64,000 bases of DNA from Eledone cirrhosa. Lineage: Eukaryota. Below are positions 1 through 12,247 of the stretch, piece by piece. The notes below the pieces were generated by a model. The model was given only the letters and a program-made list of their open reading frames with translations, had not been told where the DNA came from and did no database searches. Where the stretch lies: positions 38,440,001 to 38,504,000 of the forward strand of contig OZ024748.1 in NCBI GenBank assembly GCA_964016885.1. Reading direction: 5' to 3'. Position 1 is the stretch's first letter. Each line of letters begins with the position of its first letter. The translations under genes and the position numbers were made by a program.

Positions 1-300
1 TACTACTACTGCTAATGTTACAACTACTGCTGCTACTACTACTGCTGCTGCTGCTGCTGCTACTACTGCTACTGTTACTACTACTGCTCATGCTACTACT
101 GCTAATGTTACTACTACTGCTGCTGCTACTGGTACTACTGCTGCTACTGCTACTACTATTGCTGCTGCTGCTACTACTGCTGCTGCTACTACTACTACTG
201 CTGCTACTACTGCTACTACTACTACTACTACTACTACTGCCACTATTACTACTGTTACTACTACTACTACTACTTCTGCTGTTGCTACTGCTGTTAGTGG
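1..300. repeat. (CTA/CTG)n trinucleotide microsatellite
   Basis: Mixed CTA/CTG triplets; the poly-Leu ORF is a by-product. Confidence 0.95.
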
Positions 301-415
301 TATTGTCATAGTTTGTGTCCTTGTCTGTTGTATTGTTGTCTTTTGTTGTTGTTACACTGTTACTAGGTTACGTTATCTGTAAGCTGAAATGTTCGATTCT
401 ATTCCAATATAAATA

Positions 416-3092
416 TGGCTTACATGACCCAACAGCCAGGTACTGGCTTATGTGACCCTACAGCAAGGTACTGGCTTACGTGACCCAACAGCAAGGTACT
501 GGCTTATGTGACCCAACAGCAAGGTACTGACTTATGTGACCCAACAGCCAGCTACTGGCTTATGTGACCCTACAGCAAGGTACTGGCTTACGTGACCCAA
601 CAGCAAGGTACTGGCTTATGTGACCCAATAGCAAGGTACTGGCTTATGTGACCCAACAGCAAGGTACTGGCTTATGTGACCCAACAGCCAGGTACTGGCT
701 TACGTGACCCAACAGCCAGGTACTGGCTTATGTGACCCTACAGCAAGGTACTGGCTTATGTGACCCTACAGCAAGGTACTGGCTTATGTGACCCTACAGC
801 CAGGTTCTGGCTTATGTGAACCTACAGCAAGGTACTGGCTTATGTGACCCAACAGCAAGGTACTGGCTTATGTGACCCAACAGCAAGGTATTGGCTTATG
901 TGACCCAACAGCCAGGTACTAGCTTATGTGACCCAACAGCCAGGTACTGGCTTACGTGACCCTACAGCAAGGTACTGGCTTATGTGACCCAACAGCATGG
1001 TACTGGCTTATGTGACCCAACAGCCAGGTACTGGCTTATGTGACCCAACAGCCAGGTACTGGCTTATGTGACCCAACAGCAAGGTTCTGGCTTATGTGAC
1101 CCAATAGCAAGGTACTGGCTTATGTCACTCAACAGCCAGGTACTGGCTTACATGACCCAACAGCCAGGTACTGGCTTATGTGACCCAACAGCCAGGTACT
1201 GGCTTATGTGACCCAACAGCAAGGTACTGGCTTATGTGACCCAACAGCAAGGTACTGGCTTATGTGACCCAACAGCAAGGTACTGGCTTATGTGACCCAA
1301 CAGCAAAGTATTGGCTTATGTGACCCAACAGCAAGGTACTGGCTTATGTGACCCAACAGCAAGGTACTGGCTTATGTGACCCAACAGCAAAGTATTGGCT
1401 TATGTGACCCAATAGCAAGGTACTAGCTTATGTGACCCAACAGCAAGGTACTGGCTTATGTGACCCAACAGCAAGGTACTGGCTTATGTGACCCAACAGC
1501 AAAGTATTGGCTTATGTGACTCAATAGCAAGGTACTAGCTTATGTGACCCAACAGCAAGGTACTGGCTTATGTGACCCAACAGCAAGGTACTGGCTTACG
1601 TGACCCAACAGCAAGGTACTGGCTTATGTGACCCAACAGCAAAGTATTGGCTTATGTGACCCAACAGCAAGGTACTGGCTTATGTGACCCAACAGCAAAG
1701 TATTGGCTTATGTGACCCAATAGCAAGGTACTAGCTTATGTGACCCAACAGCAAGGTACTGGCTTATGTGACCCAACAGCAAGGTACTGGCTTATGTGAC
1801 CCAACAGCAAGGTTCTGGCTTATGTGACCCAATAGCAAGGTACTGGCTTATGTCACTCAACAGCCAGGTACTGGCTTACATGACCCAACAGCCAGGTACT
1901 GGCTTACGTGACCCAACAGCAAGGTACTGGCTTATGTGACCCAACAGCCAGGTACTGGCTTATGTGACCCAACAGCAAGGTACTGGCTTATGTGACCCAA
2001 CAGCAAGGTACTGGCTTATGTGACCCAACAGCAAGGTACTGGCTTATGTGACCCAACAGCAAGGTACTGGCTTATGTGACCCAACAGCAAAGTATTGGCT
2101 TATGTGACCCAACAGCAAGGTACTGGCTTATGTGACCCAACAGCAAGGTACTGGCTTATGTGACCCAACAGCAAAGTATTGGCTTATGTGACCCAATAGC
2201 AAGGTACTAGCTTATGTGACCCAACAGCAAGGTACTGGCTTATGTGACCCAACAGCAAGGTACTGGCTTATGTGACCCAACAGCAAAGTATTGGCTTATG
2301 TGACTCAATAGCAAGGTACTAGCTTATGTGACCCAACAGCAAGGTACTGGCTTATGTGACCCAACAGCAAGGTACTGGCTTACGTGACCCAACAGCAAAG
2401 TATTGGCTTATGTGACCCAACAGCAAGGTACTGGCTTATGTGACCCAACAGCAAGGTACTGGCTTATGTGACCCAACAGCAAAGTATTGGCTTATGTGAC
2501 CCAATAGCAAGGTACTAGCTTATGTGACCCAACAGCAAGGTACTGGCTTATGTGACCCAACAGCAAAGTATTGGCTTATGTGACCCAATAGCAAGGTACT
2601 AGCTTATGTGACCCAACAGCAAGGTACTGGCTTATGTGACCCAACAGCAAAGTATTGGCTTATGTGACCCAATAGCAAGGTACTAGCTTATGTGACCCAA
2701 CAGCAAGGTACTGGCTTATGTGACCCAACAGCAAGGTACTGACTTACGTGACCCAACAGCAAGGTACTGGCTTATGTGACCCAACAGCAAAGTATTGGCT
2801 TATGTGACCCAACAGCAAGGTACTGGCTTATGTGACCCAACAGCAAGGTACTGGCTTACGTGACCCAACAGCAAGGTATTGGCTTATGTGACCCAACAGC
2901 CAGGTACTGGCTTATGTGACCCGACAGTAAGGTATTGGCTTACATGACTCAACAGCCAGGTACTGGCTTACGTGACCCAACAGCAAGGTACTGGCTTATG
3001 TGACCCAACAGCAAAGTATTGGCTTATGTGACCCAACAGCAAAGTATTGGCTTACGTGTTCCAACAGCAAGGTACTGGCTTACGTGACCCAA
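416..3092. repeat. 28-bp minisatellite (GGCTTATGTGACCCAACAGCAAGGTACT)n, ~95 units
   Basis: Head-to-tail 28-bp units with no spacers. A rare-variant block recurs at ~1081 and ~1809. Confidence 0.97.
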
Positions 3093-3169
3093 TCTAAGAG
3101 AAGATATTGATTAAAGCATGAAAGAACATTGAGTTCCCTTTACTACTTTTGAGTATATATCTATATCTA

Positions 3170-3215
<46 letters not shown>

Positions 3216-3383
3216 CTTCCTTCCTTCTTATCCTCATAAATATATCTCTCTCTCTACCTCCTCTCTCTCTCTCTTTCTCTCTGTGATATTTGAATCTAGT
3301 ATGATTTGGGCTTACCTTACTCATATATATATATATATATGTTTTTGCATGTCAGTTAAATTCAAACTTACAATGATTGGCAT

Positions 3384-3415
<32 letters not shown>

Positions 3416-3574
3416 TTATTTGTTTGTTAAAATAATTAAATTAATTAATTTACCAATTAAATACACATAGGAATAGTAGGTTGTTATCAAAGAGCCAGAA
3501 GATTGACAAGTCGACCCTAAATATGACTAATAGTTCTAGGAAAGCCAGGAATGACACCACATCGTTTTAACTCT

Positions 3575-3885
3575 GATTTTGAAAGTAGGTTTATAATTAT
3601 TAATTTTCATTATACTTTTGTAACTGTCTTGGTGGCCTAGTTGGTGGAATCATAGACGTTGGTGTTCTTGGTCTGAAGTTCAATCCTGGTCAGGAGTAGG
3701 GTTCCCAGTAAACCTTTCCAGTTTTTTTCTATGGGATGTAAAATAAAAACTGAAAAAGGTCACATGAACCTCTCAACCAGAATTAAACCCAAGACCAGGA
3801 TCTCCACCGTCTTTAGTACCTACCGCCAGGCTACTGAGACAGCTACAAAAATCTTATGAAAATTCATACTTACTTTCAAAATTTT
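3575..3885. repeat. Diverged fold-back (inverted repeat) with a tRNA-like A/B-box head
   Basis: The left arm TTTGAAAGTAGG..AATTTTCAT..TTTTGTAACTGTCTTGGTGGCCTAG..TCTTGGTCT..CAGTTTTT mirrors AAAAACTG..AGACCAGGA..CCAGGCTACTGAGACAGCTACAAAA..ATGAAAATT..TACTTTCAAA. It contains TGGCCTAGTTGG and GTTCAATCC. Confidence 0.55.
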
Positions 3886-4547
3886 CAAAACAAAATTGTG
3901 TTGTCGTTCATGTCTTTCTTAATGTTATTGCTCCTACTTAAGGTCAACTTCTAAATCATTTGGGTGTTCCATAAACTACATCCTCATTTTGCTTCTCATC
4001 TATCTAGACTACATTTTAACCTGTAATCCATGTTTCATTTCTGTTGCACCTCATTTCTCCACACACATCCTCTCTCTCTCTCCCTCTCTCGTTCTCTCTG
4101 TGATATTTGAATCTTCTATGATTCAAATATCACAGTTATGTTTTAATATGCTGCTATATTTACAGAAGCATTGCACGTCCACCACTCAGAGGCGACGTAA
4201 TTTACTTTAGATGCAGAAATGGTAACAGTGCAGATGGCTAGGTGTAGTCATGCACGTAAGACACATCAATATTTGTGTCATGTATTAAGTAGCAAAGGAA
4301 TAAACAAATTTACAAGGATTCCGATGAGTTTAGAATAACTCAATCTTCAAGAGAAATTCGATAACTTCCTAAAAATCTCTTGCTCACAACGCACCTGTGA
4401 AACATGTTTCATCACTGCTATTCCTAACCCCCATCAACACTTCTTTCTTCACCAGGTAGAACTTATGTTATTACTTTAAATGTATACATTCGATACTTTC
4501 TCGAAAGAAATCTTACCATGCTCGTTATCCTTTATATATATCTGACA

Positions 4548-6046
4548 TCTCTATATATATAAAACGGAAGATGTCTGTCTGTGTGTGTGTGTATGATTTT
4601 TTATGCATTTCCACATTTCTCTACCGATTTCGATGAATTTTTTTCCAATGTGCTCCAAATTTACCAAGGATGGTCAACGCGTAATAAACTTTGCCAAAAA
4701 TTTCCTGCTTCTATGAAAAAAATCGATAAAACTAAATACATGCTGTAACCCTCTCTCTTAGACGCTTATTCACTCTCACTACTACCCTCAACAAACTATG
4801 AAACTACATACATGTTGCAACTCTCTCTCTATATATATATCTCACACACACACACATATACATATACATCTAAAGAGAGAAAGGGAGATGTTGAGAGAGA
4901 GAGAGAGAGAGAGATCTGCGTGTTCTTTATTGTTCTCATTCTGTAGAGGAAGAGAGAGAGAAGGGGTATGAGTGAGAGAAAGAGAGAGAGAGGGTATGAG
5001 AAAAAGGGAGAGGGGTTGAGAAAGAAAGAAAGTTTAAGCAAAGAATCGCTGCTTTCAACATTAACGGGATCTTCTGACACTAAAAAATTCAATCTGTGAA
5101 CGCAGAATTAAATATTTCGAGAAACGGTGCAACCGAACGAAAACAGGAAGACAATATTTTGGTTCGTGAAGACGTTCCCTGGCAATGAATGGAAAAAAAG
5201 CGAGGATAATACGTTGTTATGTGGACCGAGAAGAACAATTTCATGCAAAGACAAGACCAAGTTTATGGTGTAAATGTAGTCGTTAGACTAATGTTCTATT
5301 TAAAATAACCGAATGATTTCCAGCCCCGAAGTTTAAGAATGATGTAAATAAAATTGTAAACGAAAATGACAGAGGTTTTTAAAATAGTTGTTTCTACTTT
5401 TGGCACAAGGCCAGCAAATACCCAGTACTTTATTTTATCGACCCCGTAAGGATGAAAGGCAAAGTTAACCTCGACGGGATTTTAACTTTGCCTTAAAATA
5501 GTAAAAGTAAATAGTGAAGATTTAGGCCAGTACATACGTATGCACCGACGGACATACATATACATACGCACACACAAATATATACACACACACAAACATG
5601 CGCGCGTGCATGTGTATAAACCTTATGCATTTCGACAGTATTTTCACCAAACTGAAGACAGGATACTTATGTACTTCGGATGGTCATGGGCACTTTCATT
5701 TTTCCAGATATTGATTATAGGGCCTTCCAGCAGATAACCCCCTTTAACCACTTCTTTGGAGTCGACTGAAGCACTGCAGTGCAATGCAACAAAACGTCAT
5801 AACTTCTGGAGTTCGCAACCAATTTTCACAAAACTTGATACATGGGCTACGTTTTTTTCTACAGATGAATGTGAACTCTCAGAATTGGCACATATTGAGT
5901 AGGGGACCCCTGGCGGCAGGAACCCCCTTTTGGAAAAAGCCGATGATTTTGTAAAAGTATAGTTTTCGAAGCAGCACTGAAGTATTGACATAAATGGTAT
6001 ACATAACTGCTATTTAATACCCAAGCAACGTCGGGTACCTCTGCTA

Positions 6047-6047
<1 letters not shown>
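4548..6047 (+). mobile_element. Non-autonomous Helitron-like element with a nested SINE fragment (~5390-5490, -)
   Basis: Starts A|TCTCTATATATATAAAA. Ends with the short hairpin CCCAAGCAACGTCGGG followed by CTAG|T. Inserted between A and T with no TSD. Confidence 0.65.
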
Positions 6048-6079
<32 letters not shown>

Positions 6080-6081
<2 letters not shown>

Positions 6082-6271
6082 GGCGGTGGTTTGGCAGTAT
6101 CGGTAGAGGGTCGGACAACATGCTTTGCAGCACAGAGTTATGCCCCTTTCTGATCTGAGTTCAAATCCTGCCGAGGTTAACTTTGCCTTTCATCCTTACG
6201 GGGTCAATAAAATAAAGTACCAGTAATGCACTGGGATAATTGCTGGCCTTGTGCCAAAAGTAGAAACAATT
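6080..6271 (+). mobile_element. tRNA-derived SINE family A (~190 bp)
   Basis: A-box-like TGGCAGTATCGG, B-box GAGTTCAAATCC, body TTTGCCTTTCATCCTTACGGGGTC..., ATT tail. More than 10 copies occur in the window. Confidence 0.85.
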
Positions 6272-6380
6272 ATATATATATATATATATATACACATAAA
6301 TATATATATACACACACATAAATATATACATGATTAAATATGATATATTAGATGTGGGGTACCGCAGTTCTATGACCTAC

Positions 6381-6509
6381 CTTCAGTAAATCCAAATATT
6401 TCACTTCACTGGGATTGAATTGCATACGTACAACTTCCGTATGACCTGTATTACCTGTACACACATCTTTATATGTTGGGTTGGCTGTATAACCTCCAGC
6501 ATAGCCAAC
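6381..6509 (-). CDS. msrA: Methionine sulfoxide reductase A, exon [43 protein letters not shown]
   Basis: 129 nt, phase 0/0, acceptor ctcttcaatag, donor gtaggt. Carries the diagnostic MsrA motifs VGYAGG, NPTY..VC and TGH.EVV. Confidence 0.96.
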
Positions 6510-6589
6510 CTATTGAAGAGATTTCACATAGGAATAGATGGAACAATAGATTAGTGAGGATAGTAATGGATGGATACATACAAACATAT

Positions 6590-7024
6590 ATGGCTTAGTG
6601 GTTAGAGCATTGGGCTTGCAATCGAAAGGTTGTGAGTTCAATTCTCGGACCGGGTGATGTATTGTTTCCTTGAGCAAGATACTTTATTTCACATTGCTCC
6701 AGTTTACTCAGCTGTAGAAATGAGATGATAGGACTGAGGTCCCTATTATTCCACTGTAAAGTGGACGTGTAGGTGCCATGGCAAAAAAAAACACCCAGCC
6801 CACACTGTAAAGTGGACCTGTAGGTGCCACAGCAAAAAAGCACCCAGTACTCACTGTAAATGAGGTTGGTGTTAGGAAGAGCATCCTGCTGTAGAAATCA
6901 ACCCAGAATCAGTTCCCATATGAGTAAGACAAGGTCAGCCGACCAGCTACTGTCCACAACAGGGCAACCCGTCTAACCCATGCTAGCATGGAGAGGAACG
7001 GACATAAAACGGTGATGATGATGA
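6590..7024 (+). mobile_element. SINE family B: tRNA head, CORE-like segment, RTE-derived 3' tail
   Basis: Contains TGGCTTAGTGG, GAGTTCAATTC and CCTTGAGCAAGA.ACTTTA. The 3' end GGTTGGTGTTAGGAAG..CCCATGCTAGCATGGA..(GAT)n matches the RTE 3' UTR at 20060-20210. A 5'-truncated relative with a different tail follows (7030-7260). Confidence 0.8.
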
Positions 7025-7273
7025 TATATTATGTTGCTCCAGTTTACTCAGCTGTAGAAATGAGTTGTGACGTCACAGGTGCCAAACTGTATCAGTCATT
7101 GCCTTTCCCTTGGACAACATCGGTGGCGTGGAGAGGGGAGACTGGTATGCATGGGCAACTACTGGTCTTCCACATAACAAACCTTTCTCAGGCTTGTGCC
7201 TCGGAGGGAAACTTTCTAGGTGCAAAACCACGGTCATTAGTGACCGAGTGGGGCCTTAGATTGAGATATCAGA

Positions 7274-7402
7274 TTTAATAGTGAAATGGTTTCTACAGGA
7301 CTAGAACCGTTTCATTCGAAAGAAATCATCAGGAAATCTTTCCTGATGATTTCTTTCGAATGAAACAATTTTAGTCCTGTAGAAGCCATTTCTATATTAA
7401 AT
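7274..7402. ncRNA. Fold-back PLE pseudo-LTR fragment with two inverted hammerhead motifs (7290-7336 -, 7339-7384 +)
   Basis: Minus strand reads TTTC-CTGATGA-TTTCTTTCGAAT-GAAAC-GG..CT-GTA-GAAA. The arms are near-perfect inverted repeats. Confidence 0.7.
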
Positions 7403-7626
7403 TTAATGTTTACACTCTACTAATGTATTGAGTAGCTTACTTACTGTGGTTACCCCTGATTGAACCAAGGAATCATATAAATATACAGCTGAGTGAAATA
7501 GAGCAATGTAAAATAGTGTCTTGCTCAAGAACACAACATAAATCCAATCCGAGAATTGAACTCACACCCTCACGATTGTAAGCCCAACACTAAGCCATGC
7601 ACCTTTACATTATATATATATATATA

Positions 7627-7944
7627 CAGTGTACTCCCCGACATTCACAGTCCTGGTTATTCACAGAATTTTCCTTAGAACCTAACTAATAATTGTTCGT
7701 GGAAACCACCTCATATTTGCAGAATTGCAAACATCTTCTGCAAGTTTTTTATGGCTTTTTTCGTTGCAATATATATTTTCACACTTTTAACCCTAAATAA
7801 TTAATAACAATATACCATATTTGCCGGCTTACATTTTACGTTATGTTTTGAGGCATTTTTATGGACCATGTCCAATATTCGCGGTTTTTCACTCTTGGCG
7901 GGTGCTTTAGGAATGCAACTCCTGCGAATACTAGGGGACCACTG
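7627..7944. mobile_element. Tc1/mariner (Tigger/pogo-like) MITE
   Basis: TA|CAGTGTACTCCCC ... GGGGACCACTG|TA; imperfect TIRs with TA flanks. Confidence 0.6.
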
Positions 7945-7972
7945 TATATATATATATATATATAGCTAGATA

Positions 7973-8756
7973 CAGTGGCGTAGCTAGGGAGTGTTTCGCC
8001 CGGGGCATCTTGTGAGTTTGCCACCCCCAGTCCTCCCTGGGCCCGCCACAAAAAAACAACATATTGTACAGTGACTCCCTCTTAAATTCTTAATATTTAT
8101 ATTAGCTATTTTGTGTACCATCATAATACAACTTTCACATACTCAAAGGTTTAGCGTCTCTTTCTACAGACACACCTACTTGTCATCAGGGGTACAAATA
8201 TCCTAATCTTGAAAGAAGCAAAAGCGAAATATAGGGAAAAAAGTTAAAAAAAGACCATGTTTATTTTAAAAATTAAAACTACAACTTTCTACAAAGTAAC
8301 TTTTCTTGCTTTTTTGTTGGCAAATTCTTCAATGAGATTGTCAAAAACTATTTCATCTGTCAATTGTCGCTCTGAAAGTAATCAGCTTCTACGAATTCAA
8401 GTGAGAATTCGAAAGCAGTGTTTTTCTGTGAATTCAAGTGAGAATTTGTGTACGCTACAAAAGAATGCACACAGTTTACAATGCCGTAACAAAGGCATCA
8501 CAAAACACATATATTTCTGGATAGTGAAATCATAAATAAACTTACTTGATATGTAACACGTCTGTGTTCGTGGGAGGCATAGAATAAACTGAGCTGGGCA
8601 CAACTGAAAGGCATGCGTGTGGGGCTTGAGTTGTCAAACATGTCAATGGAATTTGATTAAACCTCATGCTTATACAACAGATCCAAAAGTGCCGCCCCCA
8701 TAAAATTGCCACCCGGGGCAGACCGTCCCCACCGCCCCCCTCTAGCTACGCCACTG
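7973..8756 (-). mobile_element. Non-autonomous hAT transposon (internal deletion derivative)
   Basis: TIR CAGTGGCGTAGCTAG / CTAGCTACGCCACTG with an exact 8-bp TSD GCTAGATA (7965-7972, 8757-8764). A minus-strand remnant FDNLIEEFANKKARKV resembles a hAT transposase C-terminus. Confidence 0.9.
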
Positions 8757-9337
8757 GCTAGATAGATAATTGGACAAATAGGGGAAGAGAGAGACAATAC
8801 TATTAATAGAACATTGATTTCTGATATAAGTAAACCATTTTAGAATATTTACCGTCCTCGCAGGCATTTGGGTTTCATGAATTCTAAACACAAATTTTAG
8901 AACGTTTTAGACGTACGCCTTCTCCATTCTGTCCGCCGGGGCTGTGGGTGGGCCCCATCGCGTACCAATACATTAGTTAAATACCATTCTTTCATCTGGT
9001 ACAATACAAAATGATAGGCTATATTTTTTATAAATATATATGTATATATTTATAAATAAATATATACATATATATGTGTATGTATGTATGTATATTTATG
9101 CCTATATATGCATATATATATATATACACACACATACACACACACGTACATGCGTACAACCACCACACACAACCAACAATTAACACACTTTATATTTACA
9201 CATGCCACACAAATAACCCATCTTTAACCTTTTAGCATTCACATTACTCTATATACACAGTGATTGTGTGTTACAGACGGACAAAAAGGTAATACAGTTA
9301 ATATAATATAGATTTTTACTGAGATAATTCAAATTAC

Positions 9338-9402
9338 CTGTGTAGAAAACATCCCAGGAACATTCCAGAATTTTTTCTCTGCTCCCCAGAAGCAACCCAT
9401 AC
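9338..9402 (-). CDS. msrA: MsrA catalytic exon (G)[21 protein letters not shown]
   Basis: 65 nt, acceptor ctttatttcag, donor gtaatt. Carries the GCFWG active-site motif (Cys = TGC). Phases fit the neighbouring exons. Confidence 0.97.
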
Positions 9403-9436
9403 CTGAAATAAAGATCCAATACTGTATTATATATAT

Positions 9437-9626
9437 AATTGTTTCTACTTTTGGCACAAGGCCAGCAATTACCTAGTGCATTACTGGTACTATATTTTAT
9501 TGACCCCGTAAGGATGAAAGGCAAAGTTAACCTCGGCGGGATTTGAACTCAAACCATAAAGGGCCGAAACTCTTTGCTGCAAAGCATGGCGTCCGACCCT
9601 CTACCGATACTTCCAATACAATGTCC
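9437..9626 (-). mobile_element. SINE family A (duplicated at ~11935-12125)
   Basis: Reverse complement of the family A consensus. Confidence 0.85.
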
Positions 9627-9749
9627 AATGTTTATAAAAGATGATGGGGTATGATTTAAGAGAGATTTGGCTGCTATTTCTAGCAGATCAATTGACAATA
9701 TAGATGTGATATTTTGTCAAATATTCAATGGTGAATTCTATACCTCATA

Positions 9750-11775
9750 TGATGTAGTGTGGTGTGGTGGCGTGGTGGTGTGGGGTGTAGTGTGGTGTGG
9801 TGGGTCCTGTAGTGTGGTGTGTAGTGTGGTGTGGTGGTGTAGTGTGGTGTAGTATGGTGTAGTGTGGTGGTGTGTGGTGTAGTGTGGTGTGGTGGTGTAG
9901 TGTGGTGTGGTGGTGTAGTGTGGTGTGGTGGCGTGGTGGTGTGTGGTGTAGTGTGGTGGTGTAGTGTGGTGTAGTATGGTGTAGTGTGGTGGTGTGTGGT
10001 GTAGTGTGGTGGTGTAGTGTGGTGTAATGTGGTGTAGTGTGGTGTGGTGGTGTAGTGTGGTGTGGTGGCGTGGTGGTGTGTGGTGTAGTGTGGTGGTGTA
10101 GTGTGGTGTGGTGGATGTAGTGTGGTGGTGTGTGGTGTAGTGTGGTGTGGTGGAGTAGTGTGGTGTAGTGTGGTGTAGTGGGGTTGTGTAGTAGGGTGTG
10201 GTGGTGTAGTGTGGTGTTGTAGTGTGGTGGTTTGTGGTGTAGTGAGGTATAGTGTGGTGGTGTAGTGTGGTGGTGTAGTGTGGTGGTGTAGTGTGTGGTG
10301 GTGTGTGGTGTAGTGTGGTGGGTGGTGTAGTGTGGTGGTGTAGTGTGTGGTGGTGTGTGGTGTAGTGTGTGGTGTAGTGTGGTGGTGTAGTGTGGTGTGG
10401 TGTGGTGTAGTGTGGTGTGGTGTAGTGTAGTGTGGTGTGGTGAGTGGTGGTGTAGTGTGGTGTGGTAGTGTGGTGTGGTAGTGTGGTGTAGTGTAGTGTG
10501 GTGTGGTGTGGTGGGTGGTGTAGTGTGGTGGTGTAGTGTGGTGGTGTAGTGTGGTGGTGTAGTGTGGTGTGGTGGTGCAGTGTGGTGGTGTAGTGTGGTG
10601 CGGTGGTGTAGTTGTGAGTGGTGTGGTGTGGTGGCGTGGTGTAGTGTGGTGTAGTGTGGTGGTGGTGTGTGGTGGTGGTGTGTGGTGTAGTGTGGTGGTG
10701 GTTTGTGGTGTGGTGTGGTGGTGTGTGATGTAGTGTGGTGTGGTGGTGTGGTGTGGTGGTGTAGTGTGGTGGTGTAGTGTGGTGGTGTAGTTTGGTGGTG
10801 TAGTGTGGTGTGGTAGCGTGGTGGTGTAGTGTGGTGGTGTAGTGGTGTAGTGTGGTGTGGTGTGGTGGTGTGGTGGCGTGTGGTGGTGTGGTGGCGTGGT
10901 GTAGTGTGGTGTGTGGTGTGGTGGTGTGGTGGTGTTTGGTGTAGTGTGGTGGTGTGTGGTGTAGTGTGGTGGTGTGTGGTGTAGTGTGGTGTAGTGTGGT
11001 GTGGTGGTGTGTGGTGTAGTGTAGTGTGGTGGTGTGTGGTGTGGTGTAGTGTAGTGTGGTGTGGTGATGTAGTGTCAAGTGTGGTGTGGTGTAGTGTGGT
11101 GGTGTAGTGTGGTGTGGTAGTGTGGTGGTGTGGTGATGTGGTAGTGTGGTGGTGTAGTGTGGTGGTGTGGTGTGGTGTGCTGGTGTAGTGTGGTGGTGTG
11201 GTGTGGTGTAGTGTGGTGATGTAGTGTGGTGTGGTAGTGGTGTAGTGTGGTGGTGTAGTGGTGTAGTGTGGTGGTGTAGTGTGGTGGTGCGGTGTGGTGT
11301 AGTGTGATGATGTAGTGTGGTGTGGTAGTGGTGTAGTGTGGTGGTGTAGTGGTGTAGTGGTGTGGTGGTGTGGTGGTATGGTGGCGTGGTGTAGTGTGGT
11401 GGTGTGGTGGCGTGGTGTAGTGTGGTGTGTGGTGTGTGGTGTGTGGTGTGGTGGTGTTTGGTGTAGTGTGGTGGTGTGTGGTGTAGTGTGGTGTAGTGTG
11501 GTGTGGTAGTGTGGTGGTGTAGTGTGGTGGTGTGGTGTAGTGTGGTGGTGTGGTGTGGTGTAGTGTGGTGGTGTGGTGTGGTGATGTAGTGTGGTGATGT
11601 AGTGGTGTAGTGTGGTGGTATAGTGTGGTGGTGTAGTGTGGTGGTGTAGTGTGGTGGTGTAGTGTGGTGGTGTAGTGTGGTGGTGTGGTGTGATGTAGTG
11701 TGGTGGTGTGGTGTGGTGATGTAGTGGTGTAGTGTGGTGGTATAGTGTGGTGGTGTAGTGTGGTGGTGTGGTGTT
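9750..11775. repeat. GTG/GTA/GT compound simple-sequence array, copy 1
   Basis: (GTGTG/GTGTA/GTG)n. Confidence 0.95.
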
Positions 11776-11864
11776 TACACACAAAGCCCACACACCAACA
11801 CCAACACACACACACTCTCTCTCTATGTTTTCGTCCTATAATGTTATAATGTTTTAATGTTTAT

Positions 11865-11900
11865 AGAATTTTTTCTCTGCTCCCCAGAAGCAACCCATAC
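11865..11900 (-). pseudogene. msrA: Truncated duplicate of the msrA catalytic exon ([12 protein letters not shown] then YKH*)
   Basis: Identical acceptor and first 36 nt of exon 9402-9338. The native donor is missing. Confidence 0.85.
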
Positions 11901-12247
11901 CTGAAATAAAGATCCAATACTGTATTATATATATAATTGTTTCTACTTTTGGCACAAGGCCAGCAATTACCTAGTGCATTACTGGTACTTTATTTTATCG
12001 ACCCCGTAAGGATGAAAGGCAAAGTTAACCTCGGCGGGATTTGAACTCAAACCATAAAGGGCCGAAACTCTTTGCTGCAAAGCATGGCGTCCGACCCTCT
12101 ACCGATACTGCCAATACAATGTCCAATGTTTATAAAAGATGATGGGGTATGATTTAAGAGAGATTTGGCTGCTATTTCTAGCAGATCAATTGACAATATA
12201 GATGTGATATTTTGTCAAATATTCAATGGTGAATTCTATACCTCATA

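Noticed and set aside
15-311. Poly-Leu ORF and the many YI/CV/HT-repeat ORFs
   Set aside because: Microsatellite and minisatellite translation artefacts.
416-3092. CRISPR-like 28-bp repeats (also 28545-29185, 41100-42012)
   Set aside because: Units abut directly with no unique spacers, there are no cas genes, and the context is eukaryotic.
6080-6660. tRNA genes at the SINE heads
   Set aside because: A/B boxes only, with no full cloverleaf; each continues into a SINE body.
8150-8195. CTGATGA...GAAA on the minus strand inside the hAT element
   Set aside because: No convincing stem I or stem II; likely a chance match.
9338-9402. Selenocysteine form of MsrA
   Set aside because: The catalytic codon is TGC, not TGA.
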